Assembly (NCBI GenBank): GCA_028534125.1
Contig: CM052816.1
Span: 54,562,001 to 54,626,000 of the forward strand
Source: Lama glama
Taxonomy: Eukaryota
DNA length: 64,000 nt
Direction: 5' to 3'
Shown here one piece after another: positions 26,078 to 38,689 of the stretch. The notes below the pieces were generated by a model, which was given only the letters and a program-made list of their open reading frames with translations, was not told where the DNA came from and made no database searches. The position numbers and the translations under genes were made by a program. The stretch's first letter is position 1. Every line of letters begins with the position of its first letter.

Positions 26078-26752
26078 TTAAATGTACTTTCATCCTCTTA
26101 GTCAATAACTGTCAGCCATCTGAACCCTTAATTTTCTTCTGTTCTTATAAATATTGCTATATAATTATACAAAGGAATTTTTCTTTGGATTTTTTAAAAA
26201 AATTAATTACTAGAAACAAGATTTTCCAATTAAATAATATGAACACTTTTATGGTATTCATACAATCTATTTTCCCAAAAGGTATCAATTTACACTCTTT
26301 ATAAATATGCATGTACCCTATATTTGCTAGCAATGGATTTTTTTAATGTTTGCCAACATCTGCAAGATACTGCTCAACATAACTAAAAAAGTTGAACTTT
26401 CACCTACATCTACTAACAAACTATGTTCTTCTTTTACTGTGAATTGTGCACTGAAATTAACTTATCAATTGAGGGTCTGAATGTTCTTCTTCCAAATTCT
26501 TTAACACAAGAGTATTTTATCTTGCCCTAAATCTATCTTTAAGAAATTTTTTCTATTTCTAGTGACTGAGAATTTGTGAAAAGTCCACGTATGCCCCATG
26601 TGAAAGCTTACTGCCTCATAGGTTCTGGTATCTTATTGTAATGAGGATGCTTGAAATACAGAGTTACTAAATGATTTTTCAGTTTCTTGAAAAATTTTGG
26701 CTTAATTATAGTATCACTATTATGTACATTTTAAAAATTATGAAGACATTAC

Positions 26753-26941
26753 CTTTTCCTCATTTGCTGTAGAAGAATCAGGATCCTTTCTTTTCTTCTT
26801 CAGTTTTTTATCTTTGTTTTGTTTTGTTCCAGAACTCTGATAAGGCTGCAAATCTACTCGAGAATGAAATTGGTATCGACCACTTTCTACATCACAGTAG
26901 TAATAAATTCCCGTGGAAGGATCATAATATAGTTGATTTTC
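26753..26941 (-). CDS. AGGF1: AGGF1 exon 5 (rest of OCRE domain, basic NLS-like KKLKKKRK)
   Basis: ENQLYYDPSTGIYYYCDVESGRYQFHSRVDLQPYQSSGTKQNKDKKLKKKRKDPDSSTANEEK; donor AAG|GTAAT; 189 nt. Confidence 0.97.
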
Positions 26942-29099
26942 CTTTCAAAATCAAGAAAACAGTAAGTTCTATTGATGTAAGATGAAATAAAAGTAGAAAA
27001 TTAAACTTAACAAAATACCAAATATATTCAGAAATACATAGTACATGTTTCTTTTAAGAACTCCAGTATCTTCTGAAGATAATAAAGAAAACAGAATGAA
27101 AAATGCTTGTAATTTTCCAAAACATTTTACCATTCAATACCTGTTCTAATTTTCTTAGTGTGAAAAATGAATACACTTAAATACTAAATTAAATCTCATG
27201 AAACTGCCAATATTTGACCATTTTTTTACTTAAAGAAACAGTAGCTTCATATGGTTCAACAAGAAATCTTTTAGAAGTTATGAAAAACAAGGCATGCATC
27301 AAAAAAAGCTGACCATATAAAAGCAATTTCAGACTCATTCTCCATATGATTACATGATAATCGTTTGCCAGTGTAAATCCCTAAACTGTTAATGTCATGA
27401 AACAAAGATTTGCCTTTTAACATTCATGACTCAAAGCCCTGAAGAAAAATTTGAAAATTAAGCTCATAAATAATACAACATACTATATAAAGAAATAAAA
27501 AAACTGTCTTCACTATTTAATTAGTTCTACACTAAGTAACTAAGTAAGACTTACAAGTAAAGCAGCCATGCAAAATAGAATTTTGGTAAATTATGGATAA
27601 AAACTAGAAAAATAAAATTAAGCATTCATCTGCATTTATTAGATACTGGTCTTTTCTCTATAACCAAGATTTAACTGACAGTCTATATCTTATTCACATC
27701 GTAATCCATACAGATCAGATCTGGAAACATCTTACAATATACTGAGATTAAGCAACTGAAACTTCCTGAAAAAGAATAATTTATTTTTCTGACTGTTGAT
27801 ACTACTGCAATTTATTGTCTTTAATCTATTTTGTAGATCCCTTAGAAAAATATTAAGAATTCTATCTTTCCCTTAACTGAAAAACTGAATGGAAGCTTTC
27901 TAATCTTTATTTCCAAGGATAACAGAATTTTTACAACCCAAATCTTTTTAATGTTACGTCTTTCAGTCCAAAATATAGACATTTTCAAATATTTAACAAA
28001 TTTTTTATTTAATTAAAATAAAGTGAAAACTAGGACAATAAAAATGGCAAAGCAATGAGAAGTCCCTACTTCATTGAGGACAGTTATAAAAAGGAGAGTT
28101 TAACCATTAAATTTCTGGGTATTAATTAGCATTGTCAATTAGCATACTCCTATGAAAGAGTATTACCTCTTAACAAAGTATTTACAAAGCACTATCCCAA
28201 ATGCAAACTGACAAGCTAGTGAAATTCCTTATCTAACTAAGATATTTACCATTATCATTATATTTGCTAGGTTAGTTAACAATAGTTTCAATAACTGGAA
28301 TGGTGGATATTTGCTCCACTTTGGGGCACTACATTCTGTAATTCCTGAGGACCAGATCACACGCCTAGACCACTGAGATAGACGTATGTGGTATCTAAGT
28401 TCCATCATCTTTGTCATCAAAACCTGAAAAAATCCAATTAAGTACCAGACCTTCAACAGCCATAACACTATATGATGAATAAAGAACTTTATTTTCTGGT
28501 TCTGTCCTAGTCAGTAGTCCATTACATTTCTGATTCCATACTAACTTCCTACTTCTTACTGTTAACAGATTGATCTTTAAAGAGTGAAATGTTTAAAAGC
28601 CACAAAAAGTAAAACAGTGACTAATAATAAACATGCTATTGTGAATTCAAGAAAAAGACTGTCTGTGGCCTTAAATGGATTCATAAAGACATAAGTATTC
28701 GAGACAATTTTTTAAAAATCTTACCCCAAGCCTGGAATTAACAGTGTTACTTCCTTATAAATTCTATGAAAAAATGTTTAGGTTCTTAAACAATTTACAA
28801 GATGTAGTTAATTGCTTTTATTAATAAATACTTTAACATTTTTATGTTACTTTACATATAAAAGATTATTAGGCCTCTCTAAAATATTTATCTATAATAA
28901 CACAATGAACTTATTTAATTAAAAATCCAAAAGTGCAGTTCCACAAGCTATTTTATAAATCTTTACCTTTATCAAATAGTTTTGAATCAAACATAATTTT
29001 TAAATGCAGCTTCCTGCTTTTCTTAATTCAGGTTTTAATATTTGGTATTCAAGCAGCTAAGAATACAATCATACATATTAATAGGTCTGAGATACTTAC

Positions 29100-29264
29100 A
29101 GAATCATAATAAAATCCAGTGCTGTGATCAAAATACAATCCAGTATTCTCATCATAACTAAATCCAGTCTGTGATACAGCAGCTTCTGCTGCAGCTCTCA
29201 AACTTTCAGCTAATGAAGAACCTTCTAAGGATGTATCTTCTGTTGCTAATGCAGATGCTGGCTC
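29100..29264 (-). CDS. AGGF1: AGGF1 exon 4 (start of OCRE domain)
   Basis: EPASALATEDTSLEGSSLAESLRAAAEAAVSQTGFSYDENTGLYFDHSTGFYYDS; TAG acceptor, GTAAGT donor; 165 nt. Confidence 0.97.
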
Positions 29265-30082
29265 CTAGATAAGACAAAATGATTTCAAATAGACAAAAAC
29301 TTCCTCGTGTCAACAGAAGTTAAAAGAATTTGAAACACTAAACAGACCTAAAAGAGACTGAATAATAAGACCTCAATTTCTGCAATGGAAGGGGATGGCT
29401 ACCAATTACAATCTGATCCACTGATTCTGACCCAGTTTTGAAGACACTAAAATTGAGTGAGTGACCATTATATCAAAAATAAATGCCTGATACCATAGGG
29501 AAGCAATCCACGAAATACAGACTGAAATAGTCTTTAAGACAAATGATCTGGATTCTTCAATAATTACTGGTTCAAGAGGAAAAAATTTTAGAAAAGAGAT
29601 AGAGAAGGCCATAAATTATATGAGATATACAACACATCAAGCAGTTACACTGTATGAAGCTTACTGGTATCCTGATTCAAACAAACTGTAGAAACAAATT
29701 TATAAAACCTTCTGGGAAGTTTGAACAGTGACAAGATATCTGACATAAAGGAAGCATTAAAAAAAAACAACTGGTGTGAACGTAGTATTGTGGTTGTTGC
29801 TTAAATTTTTTGTTTAAGTCAAAACATACTGACAAATTTTCTTTAAGTTTATGTATATCATACATTTTTGGAACACAACAGAGTAGGAAAACAGTTACAC
29901 ATAAGAACAAGTTCTAATTTTTGTTTCTCAAAAACTGTGTTATTCACTGCATAATTACACACAGAATGTATACAACCCTTATACATGTTGTGATGAACCA
30001 AAGAATTGTCTATTTTTCTACATAATAATAGCAAAGGACAGGTTCTTGAGTATCAACAGTTTCAAGTTAAGCATTCTATTAC

Positions 30083-30285
30083 CTGTGAATCTGAGGCAAA
30101 ATGGTCCTCTTGCCCACATTTAACATTTTCTGTTATATCACTACCAGCATAAGCATCATTTTCTATGTGTGACTGGCCTTCAGAATTAAAAGTAGAAGCT
30201 TCGATATCCTGATCTTCCTGAACTGAGAATTCAGACACTTTATTTGAAAGAGTAACATCTTTATAGTATGTCTGATAATAATAAT
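30083..30285 (-). CDS. AGGF1: AGGF1 exon 3
   Basis: Acceptor TTTTTGCTGCAG; (D)YYYQTYYKD...DHFASDSQ; donor CAG|GTAAT; 203 nt. Confidence 0.95.
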
Positions 30286-31295
30286 CTGCAGCAAAAAGAA
30301 ATGAAGTGATATCACATTAGAATACTGTATATAAAAAGGACTTAATTCCAAAACATTGGCACTGAATACAAAACAACACATTGCAAACAAATCATATTTT
30401 TATAATTACACACATTTGAATAGATTAAAATGGATGGTGCAAGTACATCTGCAGAAGTATTTCTCTCTGATTCTAATGTCACCTTCAGTACCCTAGCTAT
30501 CAAGCTAAAAAGAAAAAAAGGGTAATGAGATTTGGATTTTCCACAGCAAGAGTAAAGAAACAAAACAAGTAGATAGCCTGTGTTCTGTCCAAAAAATTAA
30601 AAAAAATAGCAACTCTTAACAACTTCTAACCATACACCTTAGTATTGCTAAACATCAAATGACAGTGGACATCAAAGCTTGATTTTTCTCACAAATTTCC
30701 CTTATGATGCTGACTTTTTTAAAAAACATAGTATCATACAGATATGAAATGTTAATACTATTGCTTTATTTAGCAGTTTAGCTAAACTGCATACTGAATA
30801 AAAGGAAAAATTTAATGGGAAAGATCATTCTTTGTGATCCTTATTAATTAAAACTCAGCTGCTCAGTTATTTTGCCTCACAACATAAGGGCACTGATGAG
30901 GCCATGGTTGTAGGCTCATCACTTTTACAAGGGCCTAAGAGACTGACACTGAAGAGATGCTACGTGGAATGCATCAACAAGAAAACACATGCTCCTGGTC
31001 ACAAGCAAGGCCAGATTAGAGTAGGTGGCTTACAGCACAGCAAAAATTATTCACTGAATGTGACACAGAAAGCATGTTAACATTATTATGTATTTATAGG
31101 AATGACAATACATTTCTACTTTTCCACTAAAACAGCAGATTATCTGAAAATGCCAAATCATACGGAGAAAAGTCAGCACTGCAACAGATCTCCTATTTAT
31201 CTAGAAGTATGTATATTTTAAATCTAAAGGGAACTCCAGGTTAGCATGATTTGAATGTAAGAATATTAGGGTTATCTTCACTATAAGCTGAATAC

Positions 31296-31398
31296 CTGAG
31301 CTTGACCAAGGAGGGTGGTTCTCTGTCTGTACTTCTACATCAGATTTTTTACTATCCTCGTTTCTTCCACAATGGAGTATTTTACTGAGCTCTTCTAC
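31296..31398 (-). CDS. AGGF1: AGGF1 exon 2
   Basis: Acceptor TTTCTTTCAG; VEELSKILHCGRNEDSKKSDVEVQTENHPPWSSS; donor G|GTATT; 103 nt. Confidence 0.95.
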
Positions 31399-32098
31399 CT
31401 GAAAGAAAATAAGGCCTTAGGAAAATTAAACCATACAACAATCTAACAATATACACACCATTCCTCTGAAATCATAGTAATTATTTTTCTTAGTAAAAAT
31501 TTGAAGAAGTATCAATAGCAGCTAGTTTCCTTTTCGGAAAAGCTCAAAATGCTGTAACTGGCTTTCACTTTTTACATTTGCAGAAGGAGACGGTTTTATT
31601 CTTACATGCTCTTGCTAAACCTCAAAATTTCCCTCCAGAAGTAAGAATGACTAAATTAGTAGGACTCTGTGAATGGGATCCTTAATTTCTAACAAATAGG
31701 GGTGTCTTTATACCAATATTTTATTCAGGCAGCAGTTCTCCCTAAGAAAAATTAAACTGTTGATTACCTAGTGTAATTCAGTGTTCTCCACCTAGAAGTA
31801 CCCATTCACTTAAACAATGCCACTCATTAATGTATTTTTTCTTGAAATAACAATCTAATAACTAAATAACTGCAGCAGAAGGAAATAGAGATGACTGCCT
31901 CATAAGGGGCACCGGTCTTCCCTGTGCCTCAGTGAATGCCAAGGCCAGAGCAATAGGGCAGGAAAATATCTATAAACAGATGAAGAGCAGCCTCATCAAC
32001 ACCTGAGCCAGACAGAATCTCAGAGTGAGATGAAATCTATCATAAGCACAAAATTAACTAAGAAACAAACTTTTAAATATTTCTTTAACAGTACATAA

Positions 32099-32598
32099 NN
32101 NNNNNNNNNNNNNNNNNNNNNNNNNNNNNNNNNNNNNNNNNNNNNNNNNNNNNNNNNNNNNNNNNNNNNNNNNNNNNNNNNNNNNNNNNNNNNNNNNNNN
32201 NNNNNNNNNNNNNNNNNNNNNNNNNNNNNNNNNNNNNNNNNNNNNNNNNNNNNNNNNNNNNNNNNNNNNNNNNNNNNNNNNNNNNNNNNNNNNNNNNNNN
32301 NNNNNNNNNNNNNNNNNNNNNNNNNNNNNNNNNNNNNNNNNNNNNNNNNNNNNNNNNNNNNNNNNNNNNNNNNNNNNNNNNNNNNNNNNNNNNNNNNNNN
32401 NNNNNNNNNNNNNNNNNNNNNNNNNNNNNNNNNNNNNNNNNNNNNNNNNNNNNNNNNNNNNNNNNNNNNNNNNNNNNNNNNNNNNNNNNNNNNNNNNNNN
32501 NNNNNNNNNNNNNNNNNNNNNNNNNNNNNNNNNNNNNNNNNNNNNNNNNNNNNNNNNNNNNNNNNNNNNNNNNNNNNNNNNNNNNNNNNNNNNNNNNN
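32099..32598. other. Assembly gap (500 N) in AGGF1 intron 1
   Basis: Run of n; round length suggests a placeholder size. Confidence 0.99.
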
Positions 32599-33089
32599 TA
32601 AAGATTTGTCCTTACTGTATGTTATGAAAACGGAGTTAGCTGTTTAGTGTCTCTAACTCCTTACTTCCACCAGACAACTCAAGATAAATGCCCAGAACAA
32701 CCTTATACATATGGAGCGTCCAACAGCTTGTAAAAGTCTGTCCACATTTAATTTGATTTAACCTTCACCAGTGTGGTCCTAGCAAACTCATCTTATGGGC
32801 AACTAAGGCTCAGTATCGGTTTACACATCTAGTGAGTGATAAATGGGACTGACTGAAATTCAGCGCTTTAACAAACTCAAAAGATACCTAGAAAAAATAT
32901 TGTAAGTGTGCGTACTGCCAACGGAACTTTGCAAGTGAGTGAGAATGAAGACTAAAGTACTACAAGCCGGCAGTAACTGCAGCTCACGCACTTATCTAAA
33001 CCGAGTACCCGACTTCTAGGTCTGTTCCAAATGTATTTGGAACAACAATCGTACTGAACTTTTAATTATTTCAGGTACCCAGTAAAGTA

Positions 33090-33950
33090 GCTCTGGGCCC
33101 GAGGCTATCAGAGACTTTTGCCTGGGGCTGGAGACGGAAGGCGCACCTGGGTGCGGAGCTCCTGGTTGTTGCTCTCGGCGCTCTGGTACAGCCGCTCTGT
33201 GTGGTGCAGCAGCTTCTCGATCTCCCTCACTTGCCGCTTGCAGCTCCGCAGCTCGCGTTCCAACTTCTCCACTTTCCGCCTCAATTGGGCCAGTTCAGGC
33301 TCGGGGGAGGGAGGTGGCGACGGCGACAACGAAGGCGACGGAGCCTCGGAGGCCATGGCGTCCGGTGCAAGGCGGCCCGTGGGCGCGGAGGGTCTGTACT
33401 CAGACTGAGGCGGACGCCGGCGGGCCCAGGGCCCACGGGAGCGCGCAAGCCACGAAAGACGGCCTCAAATCCGACCGGCCGCGGCGGCCTCTGGCCATGA
33501 CGCCCTGAAACTTGTTACCTGTAGCCGAAAAGGACTGCAGGCAGCGAGCAAGGGGACAGAAAATCAGAACAGCTCAAAACCCCCGGCTTTAAAACAGCAA
33601 AACTTTATTGGTAACTACCTGCCCCAGCGACTGAATGAGCCGCAGAAACGTTGGAGAAATAGGCGGCCCAGAGCAGCAGAAGCTAGAAGGATCCGGCGTC
33701 TCTAGGCTGAACCGGAAACGATGGCACCGGCGGTGGGCGGGGCCGAGACGGAAAAGGAAGCGACGGGAAGCGGGAAGGGCCGCACGATGCACACGCGCAC
33801 CTCCCCGGCCAGCTGCTGGAGGCTGGGGGCGGTGCTTGAGACCGTGCCGAGCATGTGTGAAAGCGCCTCCAGTAGCCTGGGAGAAATAAGGAGAGAAGTC
33901 TTCTGCGCGCCTTCTGGTCTCAAGCTTTTTACTTTTGCTCACTTTCAAAC
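33090..33950. promoter_or_regulatory. CpG island / TATA-less AGGF1 promoter and 5' UTR
   Basis: Only CpG-dense, GC-rich stretch in the window; spans exon 1; GC box (GGGCGGGG ~33736) and clustered ETS-like CGGAA/GGAAG motifs at ~33712-33778. Confidence 0.9.
33147..33356 (-). CDS. AGGF1: AGGF1 coding exon 1 (Pro-rich N-terminus, coiled coil)
   Basis: GCCATGG Kozak start; MASEAPSPSLSPSPPPSPEPELAQLRRKVEKLERELRSCKRQVREIEKLLHHTERLYQSAESNNQELRTQ; donor CAG|GTGCGC. Confidence 0.97.
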
Positions 33951-35899
33951 CGTTTGCAAACTTTTTGCATAGAGTTCACTTCCAAGCTCCTCGTTTTACA
34001 GATGAGAACCATGAATCTCCAAGAAATGATTTGCCAAGATTTATAGAATTAATGCTAAACCAGGGCTGGAACGTAGTGTTCTGGTCTTCTGCTTACTTAG
34101 TAATTCTGCCGATTCCGTGAGTTTAGACACCCAGGAAAAGAAAGAAAGTTACTCTGACTTGCAGAGAGGAGCATCCCTGGAGGGAAAATAAGCAGCAAGA
34201 TTCTATGGAAGCAGGAGAAAAAGATTCTCTGTTTCAGTAGACCTATTTGATGTTTCGTCTACGGGTAACTGGCATTTGTTCACCAGCCTTTAAACTGAGG
34301 AGGGTTTCTTGGAACGCACTTCCTTCCTTAGCCAAGGTCATTTAGAATTAGAGCCTGAGCTCGGAATGCTGGGCCTGAGACCTACAGAGGTCGGCAGCTG
34401 CCTTGCTGGTCTTTCCCAGGGCCCAGCACAGCGCCTACCACAGAGCAGTTGTCCTTAAATATTTTTTGAACGGGAGAATGCTGTTTGATGGCCTAGTTCA
34501 GTAGCCGCTCTGTGCGCTTTTTGTCCCGTGCACCCCGTACTAGTTCAGTGAGCTCTCCAGCGGAGACCTGCTCTTTCTATGTTCTGCACACATTATTCCC
34601 TAGGCTTTCAGAACCGTTCCACAAAGCACCCTATAGTCAAGGAGACAGTGATCGTCTAGCCATGAAAGGATATATAATGAGAGAATTCAGTATGTTCTCC
34701 CCAACGTGGAATAGACAAGTACTGCCAAAAACAAACAAACAAAAAAACTGACTTACCTATGCATTATGACTCTAATCAAGAATTTATCCAAATCTTTTCA
34801 AATAAAAGCTATAGTTTCCACTTTCTCCACCTTTGGGAGTTAAGGAATCCCATAAACACTGTAAGGTAACTTTAAGGTAGAGGGCACTTCCTAGCTCATT
34901 TTACAGAGGAGAAATTTCGAGGTTTAACCATTAATTATAGGATGAATCAATAAGGTTATTAGCTGTTACTTGAAGCAATGTTTCTTTGATTTCTCTTAAA
35001 GGTAATCCATTTAATACTAAATTCTGACCTCATGCTACAAGTCTATATAGCTTACTTATGACCATTAGTCTAGAAGAAAAATGACAATTTTTTTGAGAAA
35101 AAAGAAAAGCCTTGTATATCAGATAGGCATTGCATTAAGATGCTAGTAACAGAACTTAGTCTTCTACAGTGGCTTATTAAACAAATTAGGAGGTTATTCT
35201 GCTACACTAAAGAGATGGGCTGTCTGGAACTGGTATGGTGGCTCTACCAGATCTTTAGAGACCCAGGCTCCATCTTCCTGCTCTGCTATTCACAGAGCTT
35301 ATTTCCAGCTTCTAGGTCAACTCATGGTACAATATGGCAAGGGACAAGAAAACTTTCCCAAAGCCCCACCCAGTGACTTCTGTTTGTATTTCAATACCCA
35401 ACTCTTGCTGCAAGTGGGGCTGGGAATTGTGTACGTATGTGTGCTATCTAAGCTGGACACATTATTCTCTCGAATAATAAAGGGTTCTATAAATATGGAA
35501 GAAAGAGATAATCCATGTTGAGTAGGTAAATAGTCTTTGCTACATCTACGTTTCAGATCAAAAGACATTTAGTATAGTAGGCAGGTCCAGTGACCTAGGA
35601 AAGCATACTACTTGATATCCTTCACAATTTGACTTTGTTTTGTAATGTTTTTCTTAGTTATTATTTGGTACCTTGGATTGTAATCATACTCCTTAGTTCA
35701 CAACACATTATCAATATCAGCCCACGGGTGGCTCTTTTTCTGGTTTTGGTTCTCTTTTTTGTCATTTTGATTTTGGTTTTGGTTTTAGCATTGCTCTGTA
35801 TCTCCACTACCTCCTTTCTGTCACTATGAGCACCTACACTCACATGTCTAATATATGTCCTTAAATATAAAGCTATGCTTATCAAGTATGTTTCCTGCA

Positions 35900-37262
35900 T
35901 ATTTCTTTTACATAAATAGTATTTGGTTTTAAATCTTATGCTGTTTATTTTTTGCACACTAAAGATGTTTTAAAAATTCGTATACACTGCTATATATACA
36001 TCAAAGTGCTACATTGTATTCCAAGGTACATGTATATCACATTTTATTTATCCATTACCCTAGTTGTCAACATCTAACTTTTCTCCAATTCTGTATTAAC
36101 ACAATTATTGCCAAAATGAAAAACCTTGTTATACCACTTTTTTGACCTGTGCATTCATTTCTCTGAGATATATCTAGCAAGACATGTGATCTCTGGTTCA
36201 TAGGGCAAACATTTAATTTCACCATGTTCTGCTAGATTGCTCTTCAAAATGGCTGGACAACTTTGCCACCTCACCAACTGTGGACAAGGAGTTCTGTGTC
36301 CTCCACATACTCTCCAATACCTAATATTAGTCCCTGCAGTACTTTTCACTATGAACATGATGAGGTATTTCATCGTTGTTTTAATTTGCAATTCTCTTGA
36401 TTATCAGAGAATTTAATATACTTGTTGAAATGGCTATTTAGACTTTCCCTTTTGTGAACTTCCTATGTATAGTTTTTTCTTATTTCTTTCCTATTCTTTT
36501 GCAGTTCTGTCTATAATCTAGATAGTAATCTTTTATCAGTTTTAGATACTGCAGATGTCTTCTCCCAGTCTGTCACATATCTGTTAAATTCATTTATGGT
36601 GTCTTTCATTGAACAGAAATCCTTAATCCTTTTTATGGAGTCAAATCAGTCTTTATTTTATTTACGTTCATTTTATTTTATATGTTTTATGATTTGGGCT
36701 TTTGAACCTTATTCGTGAAGGCTTTCCCCACCCCTGTCATATTTTCTTTTATAATGTTGTAATTTTAACCTTCACATTTAGTTCTCTACTTTAACTGGAG
36801 GGATTCAGATGTATTTTTCCCACAGACATTTAGCATCTATCAAGTTCCCGTATCTGGGTCTCTGTCCGAGCTCTCTGCTTTCTTCTGTTTGTCTACTAGC
36901 CAGAACATTTCTATATTCATCACTTTGGTTTCATAGTGTATCTTCATATCTGGTGGGGCAAGTTATCACTCTGCTTTTATTTTTGAAAATTGACTTATTC
37001 ATAAACCTCTATTTTTCCATATAAATTTTAGAATGGGTTTGTTGATTTCCTTAAACAATCCAATGGAATTTTTATTAAGATCCCATTGAATGTATAGATT
37101 TATTTGGGAAGAATTAACATAAAACTTAACTACATTAAGATATCCACATACATTCTTTTTTTTTTTTTTTGGCTCCACTTATTCATTCGTTTTTGTACTG
37201 TCATAGAGTTTTAATACTTTTTTTGAAAAAAATTCTTGGGCATTCTTTCTAAGTTATTTCCA
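35900..37262 (-). mobile_element. Old L1 (L1ME/MC-like) fragments
   Basis: ORF 36155..36391 begins MQIKTTMKY (L1 ORF2 remnant); antisense L1 motifs. Confidence 0.75.
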
Positions 37263-37269
37263 GGCACTC

Positions 37270-38177
37270 TTGTTTTATTGTGGCATTTAGAGGAAACTGT
37301 CCCGACGCAGTGAAGGATTTTAAAGACTTTGAACCAAGAACAATAAATACAGCAAAAGTGACTTTAGTTAAGGAGGTTCTGTTTGTGGAAGTTGATAAAA
37401 CTGATGTTGAAGAGGTTTTGGCATTCCATGACCAAAACCTGACCGGTGAAGAGTCATCCAGGAACCAACTGTGAAGCACTCGTGTGGGCTTTTGCTACAA
37501 ATGACAGTGCTGTGATGACTGCAGAAAAGCACGACTTTAATTCTGAAAGGGCACGTTGGTTTAGGGCAGGTTTGCAGGGTGTTTTGAGTGCCTACAAAGA
37601 ATTGTATGATAGGAAAATGCAGGAGGCCAAGCAGTCATGCATACTATCATATTTCAAATCTTTCACGTCAGCCGCATGAACCACTGCAGACCACAAAACT
37701 CAACATCAAGGCAGGCAGACACAGAAGGTGTAGACGTTAGTGACCTGCCTGCCCTGATGGATTTAGATGATGGGATGTTAGTATGTGACCCTCCTCCTCT
37801 CTCTCCTACCTCTTCTGTACCTCCCACCACCCCAACCTCCCATGACTCAGCCTAACACACCATCATCCCTACCTCTCAGCCTTCCGGTGGGCTTGCTCTC
37901 TTCCCTATTCTGATAAGTGAAACTCTGCTGTGTATACATTATTTCTACTTCATCCAGCCTGTGTATTTATCATATCACTCCTGCTTTTACTATAGGTTTT
38001 TGTTATTTAAGGTTTTATGTATGATTTGGTATGATTTGGCAGGTTATTTATTGCATCTGGGATCACTCAAACATTTTTCCATATAAATGAATGGTGATTG
38101 CTTCTTCACTTTACATGATTTCTACTTATGAAAGCATTCATAGGCACACTCTACTTTCAGAGAGTGGGAGAAACCTG
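37270..38177 (+). mobile_element. Tigger/pogo DNA transposon 3' portion with frameshifted transposase C-terminus (Tigger17-like)
   Basis: CPDAVKDFKDFEP...DVEEVLAFHDQNLTGEE and ...YKELYDRKMQEAKQSCILSYF in adjacent frames; right end ...GGGAGAAACCTG|TA. Confidence 0.8.
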
Positions 38178-38689
38178 TATTCCACAACAGAGGAATCCTA
38201 TCAATTAATTAAAACCTGACTTATACCCAATTTCTTTTAAAATATCATCAATTCTATATTTAATGAACACTCCACTGGTCATAATTTATGTTGAATCCGG
38301 TGGGTAGCAGACTCTCTACTAACTGATCCTACTGTTTGATGTCACACAAGAATATCTGGGGAGCCATAGTATTTCAGTAGTCCTGATTTATTGGTCTATA
38401 TTACTTTTGGTCAATTGACCATTACTTATTTCCTTTCCCTGGAGACCCAGGAAAAAAATGGTGGGTGTAACACTAAAATTGGGGTAATGATAAAGGAAGG
38501 AAGCCAAAGGAAACCAGGCAAGCCTATCTTCTCCACACCCAGCTGAAATTCTTACACTCCTTCACCTTCATTGTATAAAAAGCAATGATATGTGTAAAGT
38601 GCTAAATTTAGAACCTGGTACATGGTAAGTTTGCAGTGGATAGTAATTATTATTTTCTATTATTGTTTCACTTAAAAATACTTATATAG

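Larger units (their letters stand above)
6930..33356 (-). other. AGGF1: AGGF1 gene, coding span (14 exons, 714 aa; angiogenic factor with G-patch and FHA domains 1)
   Basis: Exon lengths 210+103+203+165+189+331+112+52+102+166+83+128+100+201 = 2145 nt join into one open frame; every intron is GT-AG; protein recognisable as AGGF1 from MASEAPSP... to ...PWVKGTVE*. Confidence 0.98.

Noticed and set aside
28472..28533. C/D-box snoRNA-like ATGATGA...CTGA
   Set aside because: Antisense to the host gene and no terminal stem
33118..33972. Overlapping 60-120 aa ORFs on both strands around exon 1
   Set aside because: Expected from stop-codon scarcity in a CpG island; no recognisable protein besides AGGF1
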